Of a DNA stretch of 64,000 bases, positions 12,420-25,354 are shown in pieces. The DNA is taken from positions 1 through 64,000 of the forward strand of contig NGBS01000610.1 in the NCBI GenBank assembly GCA_002245135.1. Reading direction: 5' to 3'. The notes under the pieces are model-generated. The model searched no databases, was not told the DNA's origin, and saw only the letters and a program-made list of their open reading frames with translations. The DNA comes from Proteromonas lacertae. Taxonomy: Eukaryota. Made by a program: the position numbers and the translations under genes. How positions within the stretch are numbered: position 1 is the first letter of the stretch; each line of letters starts with the position of its first letter.

Positions 12420-14277
12420 ATGAGAAAAGATTGTTTTGATGATAAAACTAATTCATTTTCTGATTTAATTAGCCATATAAAGAAGAATAATGTTCAAGCT
12501 GTATAAATTTCCTCATTTGTTGTTAGATTATAAATTATTTTGATGATGAACCGGAATATTCGGTCAGAGCGTCAGATAGTTTAGGAAAAACTCTGTTACA
12601 CTTCGTATAATATCAATTTTCATCTCTATTGTAGTCTGCAAGATATAACTCAATAGCTACTACAGATTATCTGCTTGGAATGGGATTAGATATAAATTGT
12701 GCTGATAGAACAGGAATTACTCCGTTAATGGAAGCAGCTTCAGAAGGCAATCTATCAACAAGTATACATATGAAGTACATTCATTTTATTTCTATAGTTG
12801 TATTTTTAATAAAGCATAAGGCATGTATAACACAAATCGACCATAATCATTGGAGTGCAATACACTATGCAGCTAATAATGGTAAATTATCAGCAATTGC
12901 ATGTTTACAACATCATGGTGCATTATTAGACGGAGAAACAATAATCAATGATACTCCTTTATTACTATCCTTACAAAATAAATATGATATTGTATATTAT
13001 ATGTATATTAATTTATAATAGTGTGCTCAGTGGCTAATCCATCGAGGATGTGATATTTATCATTTAAATAAGAATAGGTATAGTGCACTTCATTTTGCTG
13101 TGATAAATGGAGATATAAAGACAGTGAATATGTTACTATCATATACTGATAATAATATTGTTATATTAATAAATCAAAAGACTGTAGATGGTTATACATG
13201 TTTTGATGTATAAATAAAATATAATATATATATTATATTTTTTCTTTTTCTTTAATTATATCTTTATTATTATTAGTTTATTGATAAAGCTCTTTCAAAT
13301 AAACTCACAATATGTGACAGAATCAAATATCATGAAATATATACTAATATACAGAGAAGATTAAAGAGATGTTCATTATGGTTATATTTCAAAGAATCTT
13401 TATTCTTTATTTGGGAATATTTTTCATTCTGTTTAACAATCTCAATGATTTCATCTGCTTGGTCTTTCTTTGTGGTTTTAAAGAATGATTTTCCTACTCC
13501 AAATAATTTGTTATATTTTAATATAATAATGTCAATAATAGTAACTAGTTTGTGGTGTATTTGTTATTATATGGATCCTGGATATATAATATCTTATATA
13601 TATATATATATATATAAATTATCTTTATGTTTTTTTAATATATATTTCACCCTGTTGATAATAACAATGATTTGCATGATAATTATTTAATCACACTAGA
13701 TGAAGGTGTAGTAGTTCCAATCTGTCCAACATGTGAAATATCTCGTCCAAATCGATCAAAACATTGTAAAGATTGTAATAGATGTGTATATAGATTCGAT
13801 CATCATTGTATATATATATATATATATATATAGGTCCATGGATAGGTAACTGTGTAGGAATAAGAAATCATAAATACTTTATATTATTTCTTATATTTTC
13901 ATTAATCCATATTATTAGTTTTACTGTATTACTGTTTTTCATGATTAATTTGAATAATACATTACAGTTCTTTACTAATATGGATGGTATCACTATTGCT
14001 ATTGGAGGGATATTCTGCTTTATGTATTTTATTATTATTATTATGAATTAGATATGATTTGAATATTTTATATGTTCAAATAAAGAATATATCAAGAAAT
14101 ATAACCACCAATGAATCGCTTAATTGGAATCATTATAGTTATTTGAAGAATAAGATCAATGGATCATTTTATAATCCTTACGATAGAGGAGTTAAAGAAA
14201 ATTTAATTGATTTTTTCACATCAAGGAATAATGAAACAAGAACAGGATATCAGTCAGTACCTACTGAAATTGTGTAG
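12420..14277 (+). CDS. Ankyrin-repeat DHHC palmitoyltransferase (Akr1/ZDHHC13/17-like)
   Basis: Ankyrin repeats [76 protein letters not shown]. Start approximate. Confidence 0.93.
13589..13650 (+). other. U12-type AT-AC intron (62 nt)
   Basis: ATATCTT...TTTTTTTAAT...TTTCAC. Removal joins MDPGYI to PVDNN in frame with the DHHC domain; no AG acceptor lies within this stretch. Confidence 0.85.
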
Positions 14278-14388
14278 ATTTAATAATTTATGGTTTATTT
14301 TGTTAATTGTTAACTTTTCTAGAAAGAAAAACAACCGTTTTGAAACGACTATATCACAACAATCTCTTTTTTTGATTAATACACATTA

Positions 14389-15487
14389 ATGGATCAACTT
14401 TCCTCATCTCCTGTGTCGGTTCTTTTGCCAATCTATCGTCATGCGCAAATTATTTCACAGAAAAAGAGTATATCTTTTCTAGTTTAGAATCTTCTAGATC
14501 GTAAATTAGAACTAGATTTTGGAGATGGAAAACCATATTATATTACAAATAAAGGCCAATGTTTAATTATAAACAAACATTGCTACGTTTTTAATAATCC
14601 AGAAGAAAAAGAATGTTTTATGAAGACACAAACTCTCAAAATGGATAAGTTTGAACTTCCAAAACAAAAAGAAGGTATTATAAAAAGTAGTATTGTTGAT
14701 AATACAATTACAATTACAGTTAGTTTATCTAAAAGATCAAAAGAAAGAGTATAATATATTATCTATTTATTAAATAGCATATTTCTTTTGGAACTGTATC
14801 TGAAAGAGAGTATGAGCGTCAAATTGGTGGTAGTTCAGCTGTCCCACTAGAAGGAGCTTGGCCATTAGGATTATCATGGAAATATACCAAAAAAGAAGTA
14901 ATATCAGTAGATGAATTCGAAAAACGTAAAGAATTAATAATTGAAGATAGAATATCAAAGCTACCAAACCACAAAAAGCAATACGCAACAGGAGAAACAC
15001 GGCAACTGTGCCACCGATCAAAGCCAAATCCAATATTCACATTTCTTACTGAAAAACAAAGAAAAGATATATTTATAAATACTATGAAGATAGTGATAAT
15101 TTAATATCACTAGAATCTGATAATAATTATGAATGTATTGATTTAAACAATATTAGAGAAAGTCGTCAAAATGTAGGATGTAATTGTAGATCAATACAAA
15201 AACACAAACTATCAAATAAGAAGAAATTGGAATTTTTAAAATTGTGGAATGTTGAAGTGAAAAAGGGCGATGATATAAATCAATTATACAATGATAATTT
15301 GAGTAAAAATAATAAACAATGTTTGCACAATTGCCCTTGTGAAATGAATGGTATTGAATGCCATTATTTAGTATGTAATTGTTGTGATAAGAAAATGGAT
15401 TGTGAGAATCGGTATGGTGTACATAACTATGAAGAGAATATGATTAAACAATTTAGATATAGTGTATTGAATAGATTAAATACGTGA
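14389..15487 (+). CDS. CSRNP-like cysteine-rich protein (one apparent frameshift near 15070)
   Basis: RQIGGSSAVPLEGAWPLGL, IRESRQNVGCNC and CPCEMNGIECH..CNCC resemble the CSRNP N-terminal domain. Confidence 0.65.
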
Positions 15488-15595
15488 TTTTGTATGTAAA
15501 TGAATATATTATATGTTAATTCTTTTGTTTTGAGTTATATATCAAATAAAAACAGTCTTATTATTATTATATATAAATATTAATAATTACTATAT

Positions 15596-17237
15596 TTATG
15601 AATACTCATCTTCAATATCTTTTAATCTCTTTTCATAAATCTCCATTATTTGATCATCCAATGATTTTAGTTTATTTGATAATTCATCTGTCAATCTGTC
15701 CTTTAATACTAAAACAGAGTGATTATTAGACTCCAATAATCTCTTTAAGAAATATGTTCCTTCTTTATTTACCTGTTCTGTATTATTATCTTTCTTCATT
15801 ATATTAATGATATTTTCAGTAATATAAAGAGCATTATAAGCAGATTCATTCAACTTCTCATCATCTATAATAGATACAAATATATGTAATGCATTTTGAC
15901 AATGTTTTGGATTAACTAATAATTCGTTTAACAATCTGCAAATTCTCCAATCAAATACTTCCAACGATATATCTCTATGATGAACTAACTGCAATAAGAA
16001 CTGCTTTCTAGCATCAGCATTCTCTTGTATATTCCTAATAGCAACTTTTGCATTGTTTTTAATACCTTCTGATAAACCATGTTCAGCTAATAATGATAGA
16101 TATTGGCAAGCATTACATGTATAAACTAATCTTTTAGCATCTTCATTTACACTCAAAGCCATAATACAACCTGACCATACACGTTGTACTTCTTCAACTT
16201 TCATATATTTCTATTCATTGTAATAATTAACAATATATATATATATATACTTTTAATATTTCTATAATTACTTCTATTGTATGTTGTTCTACTTCCTGTC
16301 TTTTACCTTCTAATTCATTTCCTAAATTCCATAAACATTGAATAGCTTTACAATATAAATCAATTCTATCATCTTCAGCTATATATAATATAAAATATAT
16401 AATATATTATATATTATATGTTATACTTGGAAATACCAATCCAAAAGATTCACCTTTCAAACAATTCATTAAGTTCCTCACTACTGGACATTCTAAACTT
16501 GGAACACAACCATTTGAATAAGTGGTTAAATTAACATAAGTCTGTACAATATGGGATATTGACATTAATGACCTTGGTTGTGATTGGTTCTCTCTATTTT
16601 CATCATTTATTGCATCTACTAAATGTGGAATGATATTGTTTGATGTGATGATTCTTTGAACTCCATCTTTATAATTAGAGAGACTTTCAAATGCCATAGC
16701 TGCACTTTCTCTGACTGTATGGTCGGGATGTATCAACATCTTATCTAATGTGTCTATTACACCTTCATCACTGTCGATTAATTCTCTACCTGGTTGTAAC
16801 ATGAAACAAGATGCTAATATTTGACAAGCTTTGGATGCACATCTTGGATCTTGAGGCCAATCCCATCTTAATCCATTAATACAGGCTTGAATGCAACCAC
16901 AACCTATTGCATCCATCTTTTGTTCTTGAACTGATAATAAATCATAGAAGTCACTTAAAGCTTTGTATCTACCATCGAATGGTAATCCTTCGACGTAGAA
17001 TAAAGCGATATATTTTTCTGTGGCTCTATAACCGAATGCAGTTGCAATCTATTTATTTATAATGTGTACTACAATACTTCATGTGGATGTGGATAATGTG
17101 CAAAGTGTTGAATAGATTTATCAGGATCATATGGATGTCGATCTTTTAAAAATTGACTAAACGAAATATAATATAACTAGAATATACCTTACAACATGTT
17201 GTGTCTGATATGAACCTACAAGCTGATATTTAGGCAT
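15596..17237 (-). CDS. Armadillo-repeat protein, RSPH14 (radial spoke)-like
   Basis: Helical ARM-like repeats across 5 exons. N-terminal ATAFGYRATEK resembles the RSPH14 AYG-RA motif; family call from memory. Confidence 0.55.
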
Positions 17238-17342
17238 TTTTTATAAAAAACGAAAAAAACGGTCGAGCATTTAGTCAAGTATATTCGTTTCATTACAATT
17301 TTAAAAAAGAAAATAAACGTCAAATAATTATTAATTTATAAT

Positions 17343-18562
17343 TTAATAAGCTAAATCATGCTCTATTTCATCCACTAAATCCCATAAAGACATAACCATT
17401 GATGTATTCCCTTCATCATACGAATTATTCAAAAATGAAACATCATTACTGTCTTCATTAATAATATCATCTGCATCACTATATACATCATTCCTATATC
17501 CTCTTTCCTCACTAAATTCATCATTATCATCTTCCTCATCATAATCATAATCAAATTCATTTTTATTTTCTATTACAGATTCAATTAAGTCTAAACTATT
17601 TTCATTTTCATTTATTTCTTTGTTGTACTTTAAATTATTATTATTATTATTATTACTTTTAATTGTATTAATAATATTTGAATGAAATACTTTTGTTTTG
17701 GTTTTATTTTTTGTTTGAGGCGTTGTTATACTTGGTGGTGGTGGATTTTCAGTTTTATTTTTCTTTACTTTTACATTTGTTATTTTTGAATGATATACAT
17801 TATTAGGTGTTATATTATATTTATTAGCATTAATATTACTAAGTATTGATTGTTTTGGCTTAATTACAGTAGTTTTAGTTTTCTTTTGAATTGGTTTATT
17901 TATTTTAGAAATTATCTTTGGTTGTATATTGATTGAATTAACTTCAGAAATTTTAAGATTATTTTTTTCATTTATTATGTTCATTGTATCTGTATTTATT
18001 AGTGTATTTGTACAATCAAAATCAAAAGATAAAACTGGATAAGTGGAAAAACAAAGTGAAGATTTTATTAACTTTTCTTCACCTTCTGTTGATGTTGATT
18101 TTGTTTGAGAAAATAGATGCAATGGAACTGTTTGAACTGATGTACTACTAAATTCTATGTTCTTTATGGATGTTAGCTTTTCTTGATATGTTTTAACCAT
18201 TGTCAGTGAAGCTGTCAGTTTAGATTTTAGAGATAAATGCATTAAGGAGATATGCTAAAAATTAAATGTTTTAAAATGATATTTTCTATTTCTGTATTTA
18301 AATTATTAATTTGTAATGACATTTCTTCATTGTCTAGAGTAAGTTTATCATTCTTTCCACCAAGCTACACATTAATTTATTATATATACATCCATTACAC
18401 TCTGTACTAATTTATATATTTTATTTTTCTCTTCCTCACATAGGTCTTTTATTCTGAGATTATTGCCAACATGTGGATCTATTAATTTCATAATGAATAG
18501 ATAATACCTTCTGTATTATTTGTAACACCTCTTTTAAGTGATTCAATACTTGGGTAGTTCAT
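17343..18562 (-). CDS. Hypothetical protein with N-terminal coiled coil and low-complexity acidic tail
   Basis: Spliced ORF from ATG at 18562 into the 299-aa ORF; no family recognised. Confidence 0.65.
18233..18282 (-). other. Putative U12-type intron, AT-AT (alternative AT-AA end at 18227)
   Basis: 5' ATATCATTT and near-consensus branch TCTCCTTAAT. Removal gives EIE-T-LKSKL. The nearby AG has no phase-compatible GT donor in that exon. Confidence 0.7.
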
Positions 18563-18616
18563 AAATCAATTACAAAATTTAAATTCAAAAAAGCTTGACT
18601 TGAACATATTTTCGTT

Positions 18617-19949
18617 ATGAGTTGTGTAGAAGGGAATCAAGAGTATGTTATTTCAAAATAATATTGTTAGACATTCAGAGTGGTACTATAAAACACTTCA
18701 AAAGAATATAGATGATGAGAATGATAGAAATTGGGAAATAAGGAGTATATTGATGTTTGTTTTATATTCACAAAATAGCACGAAAGAAAGTATCACAATT
18801 AATAGAAAAAAGATCACAAAGATCAGAAGATCAACATATGAGATCTCAACTAGCTTTGAAAGAGAAGAAAAATGAAGATCATCATCAACAACAACGACTG
18901 TTATATGCGAGAAGGAGTGTATTATATGAAAAGACCAAACAGAAAGAAGAACATGATAGAAAGATGAGAATATTAAAAGCGAAACAGATGGAACATGATA
19001 AATTATTTCGTCAAATATGTTCAGAAGAGTTCTTTTGGGTTAATGTGTATAGATATTTACCCCGAAGTGAGTTATACAATGGATTATGTATTTCATCTTC
19101 AGCTTTCTTTCATTTATCTAAAACAGTTCATTCTTTGAGATTAAATTTAGAAAATATGGATGATATCTTTTTTATATATATTATAATTATACTAAAGGAT
19201 TAGTTTATCATTAATATGAATTTACAGAATGGAACAATTAATTTAAAACGATTTCCTCAATTACAAGAGATAATTATCAATCATTCTTCACAATTAGGAA
19301 TTGAAAAATTCTCTGCTGCTTTATTAAATGATTATAAATACATTTCATTATCTAAACTTAATCTATCATGTATAAATGCCATTCATATTATATTATATTT
19401 ATTAGATGCAAATATTGGAGCATTGGGAATGAAAATATTATGTAAATCTTTTAATCAACATTGTTGTATTAAATTACATTCACTGATATTGAAATCAACA
19501 TGTTTGGGAGTTAAAGGATGTGAATATCTATCAGAATCATTGAGTAATAAGATAATGAATAATTTAGAAACACTGGATATTTCAAGTATATTTTATAGAT
19601 TCTGTAATATGTATTTTTATTATATCTATAGATAATGATATTGGTGATAAAGGAATTTATTACTTAGTGAAAGCGTGGAAGACTTCTTGTTGTTTGGAAT
19701 TGAAACATATTGATTTAAGATGTATTGATTATTGTATTATACATTTGTAGATAATCAAATAGGAATAAATGGTTTAAGTCAATTGAAAGGTTTTTTACTA
19801 ATGGGAATATGCAAACAAATAGAAAATATAAATATTAGACGTATTTATAAGATTTTTATATGATATTATTTATAGATAATAATTATGGAAAAGCAGGAAT
19901 TGATCTTTTAGACAATAACAGTGTAATTCAACCATTATTAACATATTAA
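18617..19949 (+). CDS. Coiled-coil plus RNI-like LRR protein
   Basis: LSKLNLS/ANIGALG, LHSLILKSTCLGVKG, LETLDIS/NDIGDKG, LKHIDLR/NQIG; 7 introns. Confidence 0.8.
19163..19225 (+). other. U12-type AT-AC intron (63 nt)
   Basis: ATATCTTT...TCATTAAT-10 nt-AC. Removal deletes the in-frame TAG at 19201 and gives NMD-E-NGTINLK. Confidence 0.8.
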
Positions 19950-20053
19950 TGTAATTTATATGATTTGTATGTGTAATGCAATGAGATAATAAAAACATAC
20001 AAAACTAAATAAAAATACACGAATTATAGTAAATGACAGTTTAATTACAACTT

Positions 20054-21340
20054 CTATTGAACATAATCACCATATTGCCTCATTTCTGCAGCTGTGAGAT
20101 TTATAGAGTTAACATAATTATATAATATATCTCTTGCTTCTATATGCTCACTATCTTCATAATCAGCCAACACTATCATAATCTCAAACAGGAAAGAAGT
20201 TCCAAAACACTCCCTGATTAAATAAATATCAGTCATTTCATAAGCAAAGGGAGTAAGACAAATTGGCAGTAATTTCTGTAAAGACAATAGCAATCTTTTA
20301 TTAGACTCATAAAACTCAGCTAATTGATGTATGATCAAAAAGGAATATTCTTTTAAAGCTTCTATTTTCAATGGTTTTTCAACGATTAAATATAATATTA
20401 TAATTGTCACTCTTGGATCTTCTATTGGTAGTATGTTATTAATATATTCTGTTAATTTCACAAATTGAGTTGCAGCTAAGAGTTTATTTAACTCATTATT
20501 ATCTAATAATTGTGATAAATTGTCATAATATTTGTATATTATATCATTAATAATTCGATTAAGTGGAGTTGGCCATTCTATATATAAAATATATACAAAT
20601 TATTATCATACGCAAATATATTCTTCTAAATTTCAATTCTCTATTTGGCTTTATAAATGATCTGTATTTCTTTAATATCTTTTTATCTTCAACTGATATT
20701 TCAAATATATTTACTTTCTTATATTTCACATATGCCAATATTTCGTTGAATTTATTTTGCTTTGATGGATCATCTATTCAAATATACATATTATAAATAT
20801 CTAAATACTTTCTATCTCATTTTTATAGGTATAATAATACTTCATCAATGTAAATAATAATTCCTGTTCATCTGGAACTACAAACTTATCTAACTTTACT
20901 AATAACAATACTTCTTCCAATGATAATTCATCCGGATATTCTATCATTCTATTAATATATAAAAAATACCATTAATTAGTATAAATCCATATCTCTGTAG
21001 TTCTTGAAGTAAAAAGTACATAAAATTGGTTAAATTAGAGGTATGTTTAATTGTTTTTATTTGGTGTAATAATGACACAAGTAATTCTAAAGACATATTC
21101 AGTTTAATCCATCTAATACAGTAATTTAAAATATAAATACGATAAATATGTAGCTATTGATTTCTGATTTGTATATGCATTTGCTAATAATAATCGAATG
21201 ACATTAAATCTGTTAATACACTCACTTTTGATAATCATACTTCTGTCAACTTTTGGAGTCTTGCTCCTGTGCCTAATATATACTATAGTCTAAAATAAAT
21301 ACGAGCTCCTTCGCGAGCTAGGAGTTAAAAAAGAATTCAT
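20054..21340 (-). CDS. Hypothetical protein, multi-exon
   Basis: GT-AG spliced chain from MNSFLTPSSRRS to the ORF at 20054-20461; no family recognised. Confidence 0.6.
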
Positions 21341-21421
21341 TCTTAACGGCTAGTGAAATGATGAAACACTTTATTTTTAAAAAATTGTTCCAAATATATA
21401 TTTTTTGGTTTTTTCGCTGCA

Positions 21422-23092
21422 ATGAATAAATTGAAAAAACAGAAAAGTGCTTTATCGATTGAAATGTGATCTTGTATAATATAGTGAATATATTGTAGAG
21501 GACTATAGATGAAAGACTGCCATTTAAAGTATTTAAACATTATTATGCTAGATTAATAAAGTATTGCTGGTTAAGACATCTTCAATATCGTATTTGACAA
21601 AATGTTTAGATGATAACCAATACAAAACAATAAAATTCTTCTTTCTGGAGTATATAAATCCTAAACTACTCACCAATTATGTATGTTTTGTAATTTTAGA
21701 TGTTCTATAGATGAATCAATTTAATTTAATACCTGCTTCTTTCAAATCTCAACTAGAATGTGAGTTATTAAACATTGAAAGTAATCACTCTATTGTATTA
21801 ATCCAAAATTATTACCCATATTCATTATCACAAGTTGATTTAATCCAACTTATCTCAATTAACTCATTATCAAATACTTTACTTCAAATATCATATTTTA
21901 TACGTGAACTACATGAGCTATCACTTATACATGGTAATATAAAACCATCTAATATACTAATAACTATAGAAAACAAATATTTATTAAGTGATTACTTTCA
22001 GAATCTTCTATTTATTGATAATAATGAAAATAACTTGCAAGATATAAATGATAAAAGATATCTAAGTCCAGAAATGATCCAAGGTAAAGAATATGATACA
22101 AAAACAGATATATGGAGTTTTGGATGTTTAATTTATTATATTTTAAGTAATGGAAAACATCTATTCAATGAATCAATTCACTTATCATTATTTTATAATA
22201 TAACAAACTGTAAACATGAATCATTGAAGATAGAAAAATATTCAGATGTAATTAACGAATTATTAAATAAATTGATATGTAAAGATGAAGAAGAAAGATT
22301 AAATATTAATGAAATGATTGAAGAAATAAAAGAAAATACATTAATAATTGATGATATTAAACTGAAAGAGAATAACATAAGATTATTAAGTAAAAATAAA
22401 AGATCTATTTCACCAACTCCATTTCAAAGTATTTCTATTGTTAATAATAAAGAACAAATAAAAATTGATGATAAAATTAAAACAGAAAGTGATATTTCTC
22501 ATCTTACAATGTTAATAAAAGGGAAATTGATAATGTATGATAAAGTGTATATATTAGATTTGAATAATTGTAATATTAATGATGCTGGGATAAAAATATT
22601 ATATGATAATATAACAAAAACAAATAATAAATCTAAAATAGATAATAATAGTGAAGATAACTCAATTATAAATAGACAAATTCTTCTACAGAATAACAAC
22701 ATCACTGATGAAGGATTTGTGATATTGTTGGATATGTTAGAATGGTGTAATGGATTGAAAATATTAAATTTAAGTCATAATCATATAACTAGTCAATGTT
22801 TTGATAAATTGGAGAAGAGTGTTCGTTTTATGGTTGATTTAGAAGTGTTGGATTTGAGTTGTATTTTTTTGGATTATTTATTATATTTTAGATAATGAAA
22901 TAATGGTTTCTGGTTTAGATGTACTGAAGAAAATATTAAAAAATATGAAGCATTTAAGAGTGTTGGATATTAGTAGTATGTTTTTAATTATTATTTACGT
23001 GTATAGAAAACAGAATGTTAGATTCAGATGTTGAAAGCTTTGCAAAGAAAATACAAAGTATTTCTGAATTTGAACATCTAGAGATTAAATAA
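21422..23092 (+). CDS. Kinase-like domain (probable pseudokinase) plus C-terminal RNI-like LRRs
   Basis: IHGNIKPSNIL (no catalytic Asp), LSDYF, YLSPE, TDIWSFGC; then LDLNNCNINDAG, LQNNNITDEG, LKILNLSHNHI. Start approximate. Confidence 0.8.
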
Positions 23093-23175
23093 ATAGGATT
23101 ATAAATTAATTATTTACTTTCTATAATGTTGTTTATTGAAATACAAAATACAGGTGTATAAATGAGTGTATTTTG

Positions 23176-25281
23176 ATGTATTTAATTTTCTTTGTCATTT
23201 TTCTCATTTCTAAGGCAGTTACTTTAAATATCAATTCTGAAAAGGATAATCATGATGAAAGATATAGTATAATTACAATGATATATACTCATCAGAAGAG
23301 AATACTTTCTGGTTCGTTCAAATATCAGACGTTCATATCAGAATGGACGATAATGGAGATAGTGCACAACTTTTTTCAGACTTTTTGCAACAAGTTGTTC
23401 CAATTATAAAACCAAGTTTTGTTCTATGCACTGGTGATATGACAACAGGTCAGAATGGTTCATTAATTAGTAATATAATTGTTAATGTAATTATTTTAGG
23501 TGAGCCAATAGAATTAGAATGGCAGATTTATTATCAAACGCTGCAAAAGTATAATTATGCAAAACCTGATTTTTGGTATGATATTAGAGGTAATCATGAT
23601 TGTGCAAGTGGTAAAACATTTTCTAATTTGTACAACAATTACTCAGTATCAGGTAGATTTAATCGAGGTGGTGTGTATGATTTTACTCATAGAACAGCAA
23701 GTGGTTTATATCACTTCATTGGCTTTGATAGTGCCCATGAGAATTGTCCAGGAATGAAATATGCATCATTTGGATATGTAAGTAAAGAAAAATTAGATAA
23801 ATTAGAAATACTCTTAAATACAACAATACAATACAATCATACTGTATTATTTACACATCATCCTTTATATATGATTGATCAGAATGTATTGTCGAGTAAT
23901 GGTAAATCATTAGAACAGATTATTAGTGAAAATAATGTTAGTGTGTTTTTATCAGGTCATTTACATGATGGATTACCAGTGAATGGAGCTGTATAACTAA
24001 TTATAATTTATATTATAATTTATATATACATATGATAGAGAGTAACTGATAAATCACCACATTGGGATCTATCTACAGATTGTTTTAAAAATCAGTATAT
24101 ATATTTTATTATTATTGTTGTTGTTAGAATAAGATTATTTGCTATTGATCATGACAGAATATCATTTGGTGATTATAATATGGTTGATTTTGTTAGAAAA
24201 CCAATTGTTTTAATCACAAATCCAAAAGTATATAATATATTATATATATAATTAATAGAATTGTATTTATGAATTTGAGAATAAAAGTCATGTAATATTA
24301 TCAGAAGAAGATCATTATATTCGTTTCATTATTTTTCATACACCAAATACAGAAGTTGAAAGTGTTGCTGTATTGATTGATACTAAATTACTCTATGCAA
24401 GAATCAATGTAAATGACATGATTTATTCTATTAAGTTTGATCCAAGTAAATACATATATGGAGTTCATGAAATCAGCATTAGAGTTTGTTTAACAAATGA
24501 TAAATGTAATTATCATAAAAGATTATTTTCATTTGTTTCAACTTGTCCTGAATTACCAAATACATTTTTAAGTGAATTTTTCTTAACTGCAAATTGGTCT
24601 AAAACTCCTTATTATGGCTTTATCACCATATATGTTTCAATTATTATTTTATTATTGATTATATTGAATGGAACTTGTAGATTGTATTCACTGAATAAAA
24701 TGAAGTTTTGGGCAACTCCCAAAACAATTCAAATATGTTTAAAGAATACAAATGTGTATGTTATTTATCCAGTTTTATTACCATTTTCTAATGTTTATTG
24801 TATTTCAGAATTAATACAGTTTATATTCAAAAGATCAGTTTATTTCATTCATCTTTGGAATTGTAGAATTTATATATTCTATTTCATTCTAGTTCCATTT
24901 CTACCTATTTCATTTCATAATTTTCATACAGATATGTTTTACATTTATACATTTTTTGGTGCTTATTATCCATTCAAACACATGTTTTTATATCCAATGG
25001 ATGCTGAGATTACTTACTTTGTTATTATTGTAACTCTGTGGATTCCTATGTTGATATATATGTCATTATTTAGTAATGGAAATGAGATGTTAGTTAATAT
25101 AAATTCAAAAGTGGTAAGATATGGATTGTATTTGTTGAAGTATGTTTTGTTGATTGTGTTGATGTTTAGTTTGTTTTTGTTTGGAATTGTTTGGACTTCA
25201 ATGGATTATCCTGAGTCTTTATGTTCTCCAATATTTTTGAATTGTATTTTTGTGATTTATCATTGTCTGTTTTATCGATAA
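23176..25281 (+). CDS. TMEM62: TMEM62-like calcineurin-type metallophosphoesterase with C-terminal TM helices
   Basis: Signal peptide; FWFVQISDVHI, CTGDMT, IRGNHD, FTHHP, SGHLH, RLFAIDHD; multi-TM C-terminus. Confidence 0.85.
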
Positions 25282-25354
25282 TATTAATATTTATTGTTTT
25301 TTTTGTTATGTAATGTTCTTTTAGTAATAAAAAAAATAAAAGAAAATCAATAAT

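Noticed and set aside
13339..13363. ATATACTAA..ATACAGAGAAGATTA resembling U6 snRNA
   Set aside because: Lies in an open DHHC exon and lacks the following GCATGG stem and the 5' hairpin.
13595..13831. (TA)n, (AAT)n and similar tracts here and elsewhere as repeat arrays or CRISPR
   Set aside because: Simple intronic microsatellites or poly-Asn/Gln codons; no repeat-spacer structure.
8777..19203. In-frame TAA (8777) and TAG (19201) as stop-codon reassignment
   Set aside because: The first lies in a degraded paralog and the second inside an AT-AC intron. Long conserved exons have no internal stops, and all three stop codons end genes.
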